63,666 bases of DNA, filler included, from Candidatus Nezhaarchaeota archaeon WYZ-LMO8 (GCA_004347965.1; 3 parts of 3 records of this genome joined end to end with filler, not necessarily neighbours in it), one strand, 5' to 3'. Positions 37,804 through 48,921 are shown, numbered from the whole stretch's first letter. Notes: a model not told the origin generated them from the letters alone. Made by a program: numbers and translations.

Positions 37804-38399
37804 TGCCCCTCACCGCGAAGCCCTCTTTCTATCTCTTCAATCTTTTGAGCTGCTTCTCTTAGGACCTTCAAAGTCTCTTTTAGGGTCTCCTCAGAAAATC
37901 GCTCCTCTAAGCTCATTGCGAGATTAAAGAGAGCTCTAAAGAGATGCCTAAAAGCTCCTCTAATCTCCTCAACTCTCTCCGATGGAAGCCGCAACCAAAG
38001 AAGACCTAACAGCGGAGATACGTAATGTCTCCTGCTCATGCAAAAGTGCATGTACGCTTTTCGCTGATCCTCAAGAAACCTCCTACCCTCCTCAGTCAAC
38101 GTATAACGTCTTACACCACTCTCCTCAGCCGGAACTTCACGTATGTAACCATTATCTTGAAGCCAAGCCAGAAGAGGATAGACAGAACCTGGACTAGGCT
38201 TCCAACAACCATTAGTTCGCTTCTCGATCTCCCTCATAATCTCCGAACCGGAAAGAGGTTTCTCACTAAGAAGCTCAAGCACTTGATAACGTAAGAAGCC
38301 CTTCGGCACTGCTGCTATGTGCTTTAACCAACGTCTAAAAAACGGAGACGGAAAGTAGATTCCACTCTCATTAAGCATACATATCGCCTTCGATATCAA
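37800..38399 (-). CDS. PadR family transcriptional regulator
   Basis: PKGFLRY.VL.LL...P.SG.EI...WKPSPGSVYPLL...YTLTEEG. Confidence 0.9.
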   Translation of the reverse strand: MISKAICMLNESGIYFPSPFFRRWLKHIAAVPKGFLRYQVLELLSEKPLSGSEIMREIEKRTNGCWKPSPGSVYPLLAWLQDNGYIREVPAEESGVRRYTLTEEGRRFLEDQRKAYMHFCMSRRHYVSPLLGLLWLRLPSERVEEIRGAFRHLFRALFNLAMSLEERFSEETLKETLKVLREAAQKIEEIERGLRGEGQ

Positions 38400-38817
38400 A
38401 TTCGATACTTCTTCGCTCTACACTCATTTAAAAATTACGTTTAGCCACACATCTTTAATCCACATAGTTGTGTGACGTAATTAGCGATGTCGTGATTTAT
38501 GAACGTTATAATGTTATGTTGTAGATGTAGGAGGTTTGTATGGCATCATCGTGTTGATTTATGATTTGGTACTTGTACAATACATCTCCGGTAAGTCTCT
38601 TTTTATTGTAGGAGTTGTGAGAGAAGTTTAAATGACAATGCTCAAGATGACTCCTGAATTCTGTAGCGTCTTGAAACTACAATTTTCTTCTCTTACATCC
38701 TAATAGAGTTGGTAGTTTAGCGATTAGAACAACATGCGACTAGCTTGTTTTCATCCTCAGCCAGATAATAACCAAAAGCTTGATTAAAAGAGGATTGAAG
38801 AGATATTAAGAGTAGCC

Positions 38818-41800
38818 TTGCTGTTAGGTAGGGTTGACTCATCTGAGGTTTTATCAAAGTTAGGTTACGATTTTTACTCTTATGTGGAGCCTGCTATTAA
38901 GCCTGATGAAGTTGATGTAACCTTTGAAGACTTGATTCCTCAACTTTCATCAGGCTTCCCAATATCTGGAAGAAGACTCTACAAGCATCAACTTGAAGCT
39001 TACAAAGCATTGGTTTCAGGGGCAAACGTCATTTTGAGGTCTGGTACTGGGTCAGGTAAGACTGAGGCTTGGCTTCTCTACACGCTCAAGCATGGAATCC
39101 CAACTTTAGCTGTTTATCCAACGCTTGCCTTAGCTAACGACCAGATTCGAAGGATTAGGGATTATGCGTCTGCTGTTAAGATACGAGTTGAGGTTATCGA
39201 TGCTTTGAGGAGGGATCAGCTAGTTAGGGAGAAGGGTAGGTCGAAGCTTAGAGCTATGATAACTGGCTGTGACGTCTTAGTTACTAATCCAGCATTCCTC
39301 CTTCACGAAGTGAAGAAGGCAGCGACTACCAGTAAGTCGCTCTTAGACGGCTTCCTATCGAAGCTTGGTCTCCTAGTCTTAGATGAAGTTGATTTCTATG
39401 GACCTAGAGAAATAGCCCTCTTACTAGCTCTCATCGAGATCGTAAACTTGATGTTCAAGTCTAAGTTTCAAGTAGCAATCCTCACAGCAACTATAGAGAA
39501 CCCCGAAGAGTTCGCATCCTTCTTGACTAAGATTAATGATAGAGAGACTAGGATAATTGAGGGCAAGCCATTTCGAGTTGAGAACAGGGTCTACGTGGTT
39601 TTGGGTAAGAACCTAAAGGCTCTTTGGGAGTACTTGAAAGCTAGGAAGAAGGATTTCGAGAAGGCTGGTGTTGGAAGAGATGTCGTGGAGGCTCTAGACG
39701 ATTTTGAGCAATTTAAAGAAGAGGTCTACAACATCGTTGAAGTGGCTAAGGCCATAGGGATGCAAGTTCCAAGCTTAGAATTTGACCCCCTAGATGTACT
39801 GAAAGCATACGTCAATGATTTAGGGGTTACCCTAGTCTTCACTAAGAGCATAGCCAAAGCTGAAGAGCTAGCTCGAAAGCTTAAAACTGAACTGCCCCTA
39901 GCTCATAGGGACAGCATTGCAGCTCATCACCACTTAGCCTTCAAAGACTACAGAGCTTCTGTAGAAGAAGCTGCTAGACAGGGATTGGTTAAGATCCTGA
40001 TATCGCCTAGGACCTTAAGTCAAGGAATAGACATAGGCACGGTGATAAGGATAGTCCACGTTGGGCTGCCAGAGAGCTTGAGGGAGTTCTATCAACGTGA
40101 AGGTAGGAAGGGCAGGAGAGAGGAGGTAAGCTTCTCAGAGACCATAATCCTACCAGCGGGCAAGTGGGATAGAGATGTGTTGTCGAGAGGTCTCGATGCT
40201 TTGAAGTCTTGGCTTAACATGCCCATAGAGAAGGTAATCATAAACCCGGACAATAAGTATTCCTTGTTCTTCAAAGCCCTCTTGAAGTTCATGTCCCCGC
40301 GACTCAAGGCCTTTCTAGCCAAAGAGGAATATCATTTCCTAGAGAAGCTGGGCTTAGTGAGACATGGTGAACTCACTACTAGGGGTAAGGAAGCCTGGAT
40401 GAACATGAACTTCTACGAGTTCGCCCCTCCATATGCCGTCAACAGAATATTCGTTGGAGATGGAGAACAGCGATACCTTGAAGGCATATCTCACTGCGAC
40501 CTAGTCGAGAAGTTCCAAGTGGGATGCATAGATTACACATCCGATGGAGTCGTCGTCGAGCTAAAGACTGGAGGAAGGACTGGTAGAATGGTGACCGCAG
40601 TTGTCGAAGAGAGGTTAAGTCCATCAACCCTATGGCAGAGAGAGCCATTAGCTTTAGCTCTAGAAGAGTACGAGGAGGCTAAGGCTAAGTGGAGCGAAGA
40701 ACCATCAATATTCAGTGACTACCTCCACGGTAGGCTACACTCAGAGGTAGTATGCGTCGTCTACCCGCCTAAGAGAGACTTCGGTAGGTACCTAAAGATC
40801 CCGAACAGAGTCTTGTGGAGGATTGTTAGCTCTAAGCCTAAGCTCAAGGCCGTTGATGGGAGGACCATAACGTTTAGGGATCATAGAGTAATAGAGGTGC
40901 CGACTGCAACCTACGGGAAGTATAGTGACTACACCTACGGCTTCTTCTTCGAGCTAGATCCAGCTGAGGACCTAACTCTCATGAGGATAGGTCTCGCTCT
41001 CTTAATGATAGTTCTTAGGAAGAAGCTCAGGATACCCTTCGAGACCTTAATGTACAGCCTTGGAGCGGTCGGTGAGAAAAAGCTTATGGAAATCCACGAG
41101 CCGGAGAGCGCTGGGTTAATAGAGAAGTTAGACTGGCTTGAAGTGAAGAAGCTAATTGAGGAGTACCAGCCTGAGCCACTTGACGAAGTTTTGATGGAGT
41201 CATTCGATGAATACGCATACTCCGATTTCATAACCATTGGGTTGAACTGGGATCTAGCTAAGCGCTACGCTGTAAAAGCTGTAGAGTACGTGTTGCTGGA
41301 TCAGAGGATAACACTTAAGTTTAAGGATTTATACCTATCAATACCAAAACCCTCAAGAGCCCTGAAGATCGCTTCAATAGACGCACTTTTCCTCAAACTC
41401 ATGGATCAAGCAGATACTGGAATGCTAAGCTTAGCGATATACGATGGCGAGAACGTTAAGAGCTCAACAATATACAAGGACTTTGGTCTCCTACATCCAG
41501 ATCCAAGCATAGAGCTCGCCATTTCATCGCTGATTAACGAGGACTTCACTCTACTTGTTTATGGACTTGAGCAACTTCAAAGGTCCTTAATTAGCTGTGG
41601 GCTAAAGTCCTTAGCCCTAATGGTTAAGTCTCTAGCCTTAGAGGGCAGGGTGATCGATGTAAAGGACTTGGCAACGAAGGTGTTAGAATTGCCGGTGGCG
41701 CCATTAGAGGAAGTCGAGAAGGTGGTGAACGTGCAGAGGACCATGTCTATTGCCGAGACCATCCTTGAGTTTGAGAACTCGAGGAGGAATATAGCCACTA

Positions 41801-41952
41801 AGCCTCCAAGTTCTTGGATGAACTTTACCAAGTACTTAAGAGAGAAGGTTGAGACGTGCTTAAGCGAGAACGTGAAATCCATATACTTGTTGTACTTAGC
41901 ACTTAGAGAGTATGAGAGAAAGCTGGTAACCTCATGTAAAGAGAATTTTTAA
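38818..41952 (+). CDS. SF2 helicase, Hrq1/SftH(YprA/MrfA)-like, with a C-terminal degenerate RNase H-like domain
   Basis: LYKHQ, GTGSGKT, YPTLALANDQ, TNP, DEVD, TAT, LSQGIDIG and QREGRKGR motifs; 1044 aa. Confidence 0.82.
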   Translation: MLLGRVDSSEVLSKLGYDFYSYVEPAIKPDEVDVTFEDLIPQLSSGFPISGRRLYKHQLEAYKALVSGANVILRSGTGSGKTEAWLLYTLKHGIPTLAVYPTLALANDQIRRIRDYASAVKIRVEVIDALRRDQLVREKGRSKLRAMITGCDVLVTNPAFLLHEVKKAATTSKSLLDGFLSKLGLLVLDEVDFYGPREIALLLALIEIVNLMFKSKFQVAILTATIENPEEFASFLTKINDRETRIIEGKPFRVENRVYVVLGKNLKALWEYLKARKKDFEKAGVGRDVVEALDDFEQFKEEVYNIVEVAKAIGMQVPSLEFDPLDVLKAYVNDLGVTLVFTKSIAKAEELARKLKTELPLAHRDSIAAHHHLAFKDYRASVEEAARQGLVKILISPRTLSQGIDIGTVIRIVHVGLPESLREFYQREGRKGRREEVSFSETIILPAGKWDRDVLSRGLDALKSWLNMPIEKVIINPDNKYSLFFKALLKFMSPRLKAFLAKEEYHFLEKLGLVRHGELTTRGKEAWMNMNFYEFAPPYAVNRIFVGDGEQRYLEGISHCDLVEKFQVGCIDYTSDGVVVELKTGGRTGRMVTAVVEERLSPSTLWQREPLALALEEYEEAKAKWSEEPSIFSDYLHGRLHSEVVCVVYPPKRDFGRYLKIPNRVLWRIVSSKPKLKAVDGRTITFRDHRVIEVPTATYGKYSDYTYGFFFELDPAEDLTLMRIGLALLMIVLRKKLRIPFETLMYSLGAVGEKKLMEIHEPESAGLIEKLDWLEVKKLIEEYQPEPLDEVLMESFDEYAYSDFITIGLNWDLAKRYAVKAVEYVLLDQRITLKFKDLYLSIPKPSRALKIASIDALFLKLMDQADTGMLSLAIYDGENVKSSTIYKDFGLLHPDPSIELAISSLINEDFTLLVYGLEQLQRSLISCGLKSLALMVKSLALEGRVIDVKDLATKVLELPVAPLEEVEKVVNVQRTMSIAETILEFENSRRNIATKPPSSWMNFTKYLREKVETCLSENVKSIYLLYLALREYERKLVTSCKENF

Positions 41953-42175
41953 AGTAGAAGCTTTAGGTTCAAACATACAGCTTTCGTAACTGATTACATA
42001 ACCCAAAGTAATTGATGTAGCTATTAACAAGTTTTCTAAGCGTCAAAATTGGTTCATTAAAAGCAATTTTAGATTTTACTCAGTTATTTAAAGAAGCTCA
42101 TCTTACTGGGATCAATACGAAGTTGCTTAGTCGTCTTACAGTTAACAGCGATATCGCTTGAGAGTAAATAGGTAT

Positions 42176-43570
42176 TCAAGATTGAATTTGGCGTTCTTTG
42201 AAGAGCTTATTGAAGAGGCTCTTTAAATCTTTAATCCAAGGGCTAACGTCTTGAAAGGCTTTAGAGAGCTTCAGGACTCCAACGTCATCGAACTTTCTGC
42301 CTACTATCTGCATGCCTATAGGCAGACCATCCCTACTAAAGCCTGCTGGAACTGACGCTGCTGGTTGTCCAGTGAAGTTAAAGGGGTAGGTGAAGGGCAT
42401 CCAGCTTAGAGGTGTCGCTGGTCTTCCAGCGATTTCCTTGGGATAAGTTCTTCCTATCTCGAATGGTTTTACTGCCGTAGTAGGCGTTATGAGAAAGTCG
42501 TATTTGTCAAAGACTTTCTTCAAAGCAATCCATAACTCCTGCTTCCTAGCTTCAATCATTATGTAGTCTTTGTAGTTCAAGCTCTCTGCTAACGATAAGA
42601 GTCTCAGATGAGGTGGGTAGGCAACCTTCTTCCACTTTTCAAGCATGCTTGATATAAAGGTTGTGAACTCCAGCGTAACCTTGGCTCTTAACTCGTTCTC
42701 TAAGCATGGAATCCTCACTTCGACTTCCTCGACTACTCCAAACTTTTCGAGCTTAAAGGCAGCTCTTCTCACAACTTCTTCGACTTCTGGATCTACAATG
42801 GCATAGCCTAAGTTAGGGGAGAAGGCTATCTTCACGTTATCAATTGGTTCTTCAAGTTCCTTTAGATAGCTTCTACCGTCATCTGGTAGCGAGTACATGT
42901 CCCTCTCATCTCTACCCTTCACGATGTCGAGGAGAAGTGCTGTGTCTTCAACGGTTTTAGTTAGGAAGCCTTCGCAAACGATTTCAGTAAATATGGGGAT
43001 TCGTGGATATATTGGTATCCTGCCAAAGGTTGGCTTTAGCCCGTAGAGCCCACAGAAGCTTGCTGGTATCCTAATGCTACCACCACCATCATTTCCGGTC
43101 GCAACTGGAACCATTCCAGCAGCTACTGCTGCAGCGCTTCCACCACTTGAGCCTCCAACGGTTCTACTTAAGTCCCAAGGGTTCCTCGTAGGGCCAAAGA
43201 GCACGTTGTCTGTGTAAGCTATCAACCCAAACTCTGGCATATTGGTCTTGCCTAATACTACAGCACCAGCTTTCTTTAACCTCTCAACGATAACAGAGTC
43301 TTCAGCTGGGACATAGTTTTCGAATAACTTAGAGCCGTAGGTAGTTCTCAAGCCCTTCACATTAGTATTATCCTTTATTGCTATGGGTAAGCCTCCAAGC
43401 GGCTTATCCTTGGCCTCCTTGGCCTCCTCGATGGCTTTTGGGCTTAACATTACGAAGGCATTTATCTTCGAGTTTAATCTTCTTATCCTTTCAAGGCATA
43501 GTTCTATTAATTCAGAAGCTTTGACCTCGCATCCTCTAAGCTTCTCTACAAGCTCAACTACGGTTTCCAT
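42176..43570 (-). CDS. Amidase signature family protein
   Basis: [24 protein letters not shown] and [13 protein letters not shown] motifs. Confidence 0.93.
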   Translation of the reverse strand: METVVELVEKLRGCEVKASELIELCLERIRRLNSKINAFVMLSPKAIEEAKEAKDKPLGGLPIAIKDNTNVKGLRTTYGSKLFENYVPAEDSVIVERLKKAGAVVLGKTNMPEFGLIAYTDNVLFGPTRNPWDLSRTVGGSSGGSAAAVAAGMVPVATGNDGGGSIRIPASFCGLYGLKPTFGRIPIYPRIPIFTEIVCEGFLTKTVEDTALLLDIVKGRDERDMYSLPDDGRSYLKELEEPIDNVKIAFSPNLGYAIVDPEVEEVVRRAAFKLEKFGVVEEVEVRIPCLENELRAKVTLEFTTFISSMLEKWKKVAYPPHLRLLSLAESLNYKDYIMIEARKQELWIALKKVFDKYDFLITPTTAVKPFEIGRTYPKEIAGRPATPLSWMPFTYPFNFTGQPAASVPAGFSRDGLPIGMQIVGRKFDDVGVLKLSKAFQDVSPWIKDLKSLFNKLFKERQIQS

Positions 43571-43827
43571 AAAATCACCGATTAAGCTAGGTAAATGTAA
43601 AGTCTAAGCTGCTGAAGACTATTAAGTAACAACGAATTCTTGTACTTTTCTTTTGGCGATGGGCTCCTTTCTTCATTAAAAGATTTTTAACCATTGACGA
43701 GGAGCTAAAGAACAAAATGTTCAAAACCTTTAAACTTACGACACGTCGTTTATAAACCCACCATATATCTTGGACGAAGTTGCGATATGTCGCTATACTT
43801 TTTGCTAAATATGCAGACTTAATTAGT

Positions 43828-44874
43828 ATGGAAGCCACACCAAAATGCAACATGGAAACTCAAGGCTATCCTAGAGGGAGTTGTGCGACTGAAAGTCCCG
43901 ATGGTCTTAAGCCAGCCTGTCAGGTAACTCTTAAGTTTGAGGGCGGTAAGTGGTATAGGCTCATAGAAGCAGCTCACCTTTCACGACCTGAAGACTACTT
44001 TTCCATATACCAATCAGGCTGCAATCATACATGTCTCAAGTGCCACTCTTGGTACTTCACTCAAAGGGTTAGTGGTATTTGGACGTCAACCGACGACATA
44101 GCAAGGATGTCCGCGAAGTATACGGAGATAGTGACCGTTAAGGAGCCTAAATGGAGAGCTACTATGTGGCATGCAACCGATCTTTGCAGGCATTGTGGAA
44201 TGTGCGTTTTATGGGATGAGAGACACCCCCTATGCCCAAACGTGCTAAGTCCAGACCAAGTGATCCTGAGCCCACAAGGCTGGGGTCCAGCTAGGAACAT
44301 AGTCGCCTTTACTGGAGGAGACGTTGCATGTAGAGCTGAGTTTTACGCTCAAGCCGCTGAGAAGATAAAGAGGGAGTGTAGCGATCTTTGGGTGTTACTT
44401 GAGACTAACGGTTACGGTTTAACGCCAAAGAATCTCGAAGTCCTTGCAAGTGGTGGCGTGGACTCTTTCTGGCTCGACATAAAAGCATACTACGAAGACG
44501 TTTACAAAAAGTTATGCGGCACCACAAATAAGTGGATCTTGAAGGCTCCTGAATTAATAGTTGACATGGGCTTCACGCTTGAAGTCTTAACACTTTACAT
44601 ACCTGGTTGGGTTGAGTTAGATCAGATAGCGAAGATAGCTGAGTTAATAGCAAACGTCGATAAGCAGATCCCCTTCACAATACTCGCATTCTTTCCAGAG
44701 TACAAGCTGAAGAACGTTAGATCACCTACGATCTACGAGATGGTAGCTGCCTATTACGTGGCTAAGAACAAGGGCCTTGAGAACGTGAAGCTAGGTAACG
44801 TCCACGTATTTGCTAAGACTGATAGCGACGTGAAGCTATTAGTGGATCTAGTGGGAGTACGGGCGATAGGTTAA
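43828..44874 (+). CDS. Radical SAM protein (PFL-activase-like) with an extra Cys cluster
   Basis: GCNHTCLKCHS, CRHCGMC...LCP, FTGGD and ETNGY motifs. The start is uncertain (43780, 43828 or 43852). Confidence 0.85.
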   Translation: MEATPKCNMETQGYPRGSCATESPDGLKPACQVTLKFEGGKWYRLIEAAHLSRPEDYFSIYQSGCNHTCLKCHSWYFTQRVSGIWTSTDDIARMSAKYTEIVTVKEPKWRATMWHATDLCRHCGMCVLWDERHPLCPNVLSPDQVILSPQGWGPARNIVAFTGGDVACRAEFYAQAAEKIKRECSDLWVLLETNGYGLTPKNLEVLASGGVDSFWLDIKAYYEDVYKKLCGTTNKWILKAPELIVDMGFTLEVLTLYIPGWVELDQIAKIAELIANVDKQIPFTILAFFPEYKLKNVRSPTIYEMVAAYYVAKNKGLENVKLGNVHVFAKTDSDVKLLVDLVGVRAIG

Positions 44875-45698
44875 GGGTACGACATTATTAAGCCGCCTTC
44901 ACCGCCTTCCTCTCGTACGAGCAGGCTCTTGAGCCATGGAGCCTTGTCGTGACTCCACCTTTCGTGGGCCTCTTCCAAGCTCTCGCACCTGACTACGTAA
45001 TTCCTCACATAGTCAGCGTACTCCTTTACGAGTGCTTTCAGCTCGTCAACGGTTAGCTCCCCTCTTGAGTGCTTGATGATCATGACCTCGAGAGGGTTTC
45101 GAAGGTACGGCAGCCCAACGGCTTCAACCCTCACATTCAACTGCTTACTTTCAAGCTTCCTAGCGTACTGGAAGCCTTCCAGCCCAGCTAAGATAGCTAC
45201 GGTAGGCTCATTAATGCCCTCCAACTCATAAATTAAGCGATTGAAAGTCATTCGACCTCCGAACGCGTACTCATTTAAGACCTGAACCCACTCACTAAGG
45301 TCGTGATTGTCGACCCTCTTAATCAACGCCCTTAACACCAATCTCGAGATCTTAAAAGCCAGCCTCCTTTCTCTTTCAAGATCCGATGAGTCCAAGTAGC
45401 ACACAACTCTCACGTTCTCCCTCATCAGTCGACTTAAGCAGGACACTATAGGTTCATAAGCCTTTACTATGCTTTCAGGCCAGTAAAGTAAGCCAAGCTT
45501 TATAGCCATCTTTAAGGCCTCTTCAACTTTCTCATACTGTTTAAGAAAAGCCTCAAACCCTTGAGGTAGATCTGCTAGCACACACTTAACGTCTTGACTT
45601 AGCGCTATAGATTGTAAGGTCAACGCAGCCATGACATTTGCACTCCTGAACTTTGAAGGTCTTACTATAATGAGTAGCTCGTGAAGTTTTGTTTTCAT
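44871..45698 (-). CDS. Hypothetical protein
   Basis: 275-aa ORF convergent with the radical SAM gene; no recognised motif. Confidence 0.6.
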   Translation of the reverse strand: MKTKLHELLIIVRPSKFRSANVMAALTLQSIALSQDVKCVLADLPQGFEAFLKQYEKVEEALKMAIKLGLLYWPESIVKAYEPIVSCLSRLMRENVRVVCYLDSSDLERERRLAFKISRLVLRALIKRVDNHDLSEWVQVLNEYAFGGRMTFNRLIYELEGINEPTVAILAGLEGFQYARKLESKQLNVRVEAVGLPYLRNPLEVMIIKHSRGELTVDELKALVKEYADYVRNYVVRCESLEEAHERWSHDKAPWLKSLLVREEGGEGGLIMSYP

Positions 45699-46402
45699 CT
45701 TGAAGGAACCTCGAGGTTAACTAACCATTAAATCCTTTCAGCATCGCTAGTATTATGCATTCCCAATTTTGTAGCTAAAACTGGTGACATAAAGATAACG
45801 TTACATTTACATTTTAAATCAAAGAGAATTAAGAGCCCTTATTAAGGGGAAGGAGTTGGAGACTAGTAAGCTGTCTTCATGATAAGAAAGGTCATCAATC
45901 ACTTCTCAAAACTTCGTTTACTGCAGAGGGTCAAGGTAGCATGCTGGATCATTCTCTCGTTCTGCAGCGTATATAGGTACGTGAGCACTTAATAAGGGTT
46001 CCTTAAAACTGAGGAAAACGAGGAGAAAAGCTCTTGAGTGTTTAAATAATATAGACCCGACGTGTACATCGAAAGTTCATCGTTGTGCTAAGAAAGCTTA
46101 CAAGTTGTCGGCGAGCCTAGGAATTGTCAGGAAATGGCTTTTAAGTTGACAGAGCTCGAAGAGTGTCTTGTAGACCCTTCTTCACCTATTGTTTTAAGAG
46201 TCATCTCAAGTTTGACATAGTGATGAAAATCCGCGCATAAACCATGATGGGGCCCTCCAGCTATACTTGAAGTTGTTGGAAGCCAAAAGTCATCGACGCA
46301 CTCTAAGCCAGCTGACCGCGCTCCACCTGAGAGATTTCGTGAGACCATCGCTCTCGCAAAAGTTTTAAAACTTTTTCCAAAAATTATTGGCGAGGGAGCC
46401 CT

Positions 46403-46519
46403 ATGTCCCTAGAAGAGGTGCTAATATTAGGGATGCCGTTATGGGCCTTTGTACTGATAGTAATAGGGCTACTGATATCGATAATATGGTTCTTCAAGTT
46501 TAAGCCCGAAGAGGGGTAG
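46403..46519 (+). CDS. Small single-TM protein, probable accessory subunit of the SSS transporter
   Basis: Manual translation MSLEEVLILGMPLWAFVLIVIGLLISIIWFFKFKPEEG*. It has a GAGGGAG SD and ends 6 nt before the symporter ATG. Absent from the ORF track. Confidence 0.7.
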   Translation: MSLEEVLILGMPLWAFVLIVIGLLISIIWFFKFKPEEG

Positions 46520-46525
46520 CGAGGG

Positions 46526-47983
46526 ATGGAAGAGAAGCTACTCACCATATGGAGCATTGTGATAGCATACTTTGTTATAACAACAATAGTTGGAGTTTTA
46601 ACGAAGCGATACGTGACAAGCTTAAGAGACTGGGTCATCGGTGCACTACCCGGACCTATTATAGCTGCACACATTATAGCAACGCTCTATAGTGGAATGT
46701 CAGTAATAGGGGCTTCAGGTTTGAATTACCAATACGGTGTAGTGTTCTTCGGTGAGCTATGGCCAGTTCTTGGGGCGCTCATAGTAGCTACAGTCTTCGG
46801 GCCGAAACTATGGAGGTACGTTAGAAAACATAATCTCTTAACAATACCAGATTTTTACGAACACTACTTTGGTGGATCAAAGTTTATGAGGGTTCTAGCC
46901 GTGATAGTACTCTTCATAACGACGGTCATTCTACTAGTCGCACAATGGACGGCCGTAGGAATAGGCATGACCTTGCTGTTGGGAGTCCCCTACTGGCTGG
47001 CGGTTCTGCTGGGCACAGCAATAACGGTAGCATACACTGTAGCGGGGGGAGTCTGGGGAGTTGCGGTGACCGACTTCATTCAATACTTGGTCTTTGCAAC
47101 CTGTGCTATAACCATATTCGTGATAACTATGATGCAATTTGGAGGTATAGATTCACTAATAAACCAGCTTCGTGGAATAAATCCAGCACTTGTGGCACCT
47201 ATTGCTGGAACACCTCCATTCTCTTGGCCGTACATACTGACACACTTTGCTGTTTTGCTTATAGGGCTTCCAAGCCACCCGAGAATGGTTCACAGGATTT
47301 ATAGTGCTAAGAGAGAAGAATACTTTAAGTGGTTGCCATTAGCTTGTATTGCTGGCTATGCTATAGCCTTCCTTCTTCCAAAGTACGTGGCACTAGGTGC
47401 TAGGGTAGCTGTCACGCAAGGAGCAATGCCTACACCACCAACTTCGGACTGGGCTCTCCCATATTATGTTTACTATTGCTTTCACCCAGCTATAGCTGGC
47501 TTCTTCTTAGCAGCGCTTTTTGCAGCATGTATGAGCACCGCAGACTCACTCATGGTTACATCAGCCTCACTCTTTACACGAGACATATATCAGAAGCTGA
47601 TTAACCCTCTTGCCGATGAGAAGAGGCTTGTGTTTTGGACTAGAGTAGCAGCATTGATTATAGGGATCATTGCACTGATCATAGCGCTCAATCCTCCAGC
47701 AATCATACCATGGCTGGTATGGACCTCTGAGGGCTTAGCTGGATGTACGCTTGGCGTTACGCTAGTACTCATGCTGCATGCACCTAGGCTAATCACGAAG
47801 GTGGGTGCAGCATCAGCTCTAATAGTTGGCTTAGTTGTGGGGCTTTCTTTAGGCTACTATGGAAGGTTCGTAGCTCCACTACCATTCAACCCATTCCTTC
47901 CAGCACTAATATCATCGATTGTGGTATGCATAGTCATTTCACTACTTACGAGACCGAAGGTTGTACCAAGACCGTCACAATAA
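46526..47983 (+). CDS. Sodium:solute symporter (SSS family)
   Basis: About 13 TM helices; LTIPDF, YTVAGG..GVAVTDFIQ and AACMSTADS motifs. Confidence 0.92.
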   Translation: MEEKLLTIWSIVIAYFVITTIVGVLTKRYVTSLRDWVIGALPGPIIAAHIIATLYSGMSVIGASGLNYQYGVVFFGELWPVLGALIVATVFGPKLWRYVRKHNLLTIPDFYEHYFGGSKFMRVLAVIVLFITTVILLVAQWTAVGIGMTLLLGVPYWLAVLLGTAITVAYTVAGGVWGVAVTDFIQYLVFATCAITIFVITMMQFGGIDSLINQLRGINPALVAPIAGTPPFSWPYILTHFAVLLIGLPSHPRMVHRIYSAKREEYFKWLPLACIAGYAIAFLLPKYVALGARVAVTQGAMPTPPTSDWALPYYVYYCFHPAIAGFFLAALFAACMSTADSLMVTSASLFTRDIYQKLINPLADEKRLVFWTRVAALIIGIIALIIALNPPAIIPWLVWTSEGLAGCTLGVTLVLMLHAPRLITKVGAASALIVGLVVGLSLGYYGRFVAPLPFNPFLPALISSIVVCIVISLLTRPKVVPRPSQ

Positions 47984-47986
47984 CAC

Positions 47987-48006
47987 TTCTTTTTTCCTCT
48001 CTTTTT
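47987..48006 (+). terminator. Pyrimidine/T-rich archaeal terminator-like tract
   Basis: T-rich tract directly after the symporter stop codon. Confidence 0.45.
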
Positions 48007-48122
48007 ATACGATAATATCTAAACAGCTCACAAAAATATGGTAAATCAAAGCAGGAAGCTTTTAAGATCATTTCCTATACTGAGCCTCTTTATAATCATC
48101 AGAGGAGATTTAGACAGGATGT

Positions 48123-48731
48123 ATGCTTAAAGCTCATGACGACTTAAGGATCTTAAGGTGCTTGCTCAGTGCATCCTCTACGTATGAGTTATTAGAATGG
48201 GCTACGAGAGAACTTATGGGCTCGAGTATGACGTCTAGTCGCATAGAAGATGTTGCAAGGATGGTTCAAGAGATTTTAAGGGAATTGGAAGTTAGTGGCA
48301 TTGATGTGTCTATCATTAACAGCAAGCGGAAGAAAGAGCTTATGAAGTATATGCATCAATTAGCTGAAGAGCTTAGAGATCCCCTATACGAGATGGATGC
48401 ACAAGAGATTGGAAAAGTGAACGCTATCCTTTTAATAGGTCTTAGAGATGGCGGTGAAGTTGCAGGGATGAACTGTGGAGCTTGTGGCTTCCAATCATGC
48501 GATGACATGCTTAATAACAGGAGAGCTGGGCTCTTATATCCAGGACCAACGTGTATAGTCAAAGCCTTATGTCTCGGGATGGTTATAGGCTCCTTTATGA
48601 AGATGTATTTTACCCCCTACAGAGACAGCCTGACTATGCTCAGAATCGGCGTAGCCGCCAAGAGGCTTGGCTTCCTTAAAAGCGACTTAGTGATGGGGCT
48701 TTTACTACCTAACGTAGAGCGTATAAGTTAA
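48123..48731 (+). CDS. DUF2148 ferredoxin-like domain protein
   Basis: NCGACGFQSC...GPTC...LG..IGS...RIGVAAKRLG. Confidence 0.72.
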   Translation: MLKAHDDLRILRCLLSASSTYELLEWATRELMGSSMTSSRIEDVARMVQEILRELEVSGIDVSIINSKRKKELMKYMHQLAEELRDPLYEMDAQEIGKVNAILLIGLRDGGEVAGMNCGACGFQSCDDMLNNRRAGLLYPGPTCIVKALCLGMVIGSFMKMYFTPYRDSLTMLRIGVAAKRLGFLKSDLVMGLLLPNVERIS

Positions 48732-48921
48732 ACATGTTTCTATGTGCTGCGAGCGTAATCGTCTTGGAACAGGTCTTCTTTTGCTATAGAAGCCAAGTTT
48801 GTGAGAAAAACAGCCTTTCCATCTTACTCAGTATTAAGCTCAAAAGTGAGCTGCATGATTAGCATTAATTAGAATTGAACTAGGCATGGACAAGCGCAAA
48901 ATCTTGGCTTACACCATCAAG

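Noticed and set aside
42176..43570. Calling the amidase gatA
   Set aside because: No gatB or gatC neighbours are present and the sequence reads as a generic amidase-signature enzyme.
45921..45967. CTGCAGA...TCTGCAG hairpin as an H/ACA RNA or riboswitch upstream of the SSS gene
   Set aside because: There is no 3' ACA box or convincing K-turn, and TPP aptamer core motifs are not present in 45900-46400.
46220..46270. GTGATGA...ATGATGG...TTGA C/D-like pattern
   Set aside because: There is no recognisable D' box or target, and it overlaps the putative isomerase remnant.
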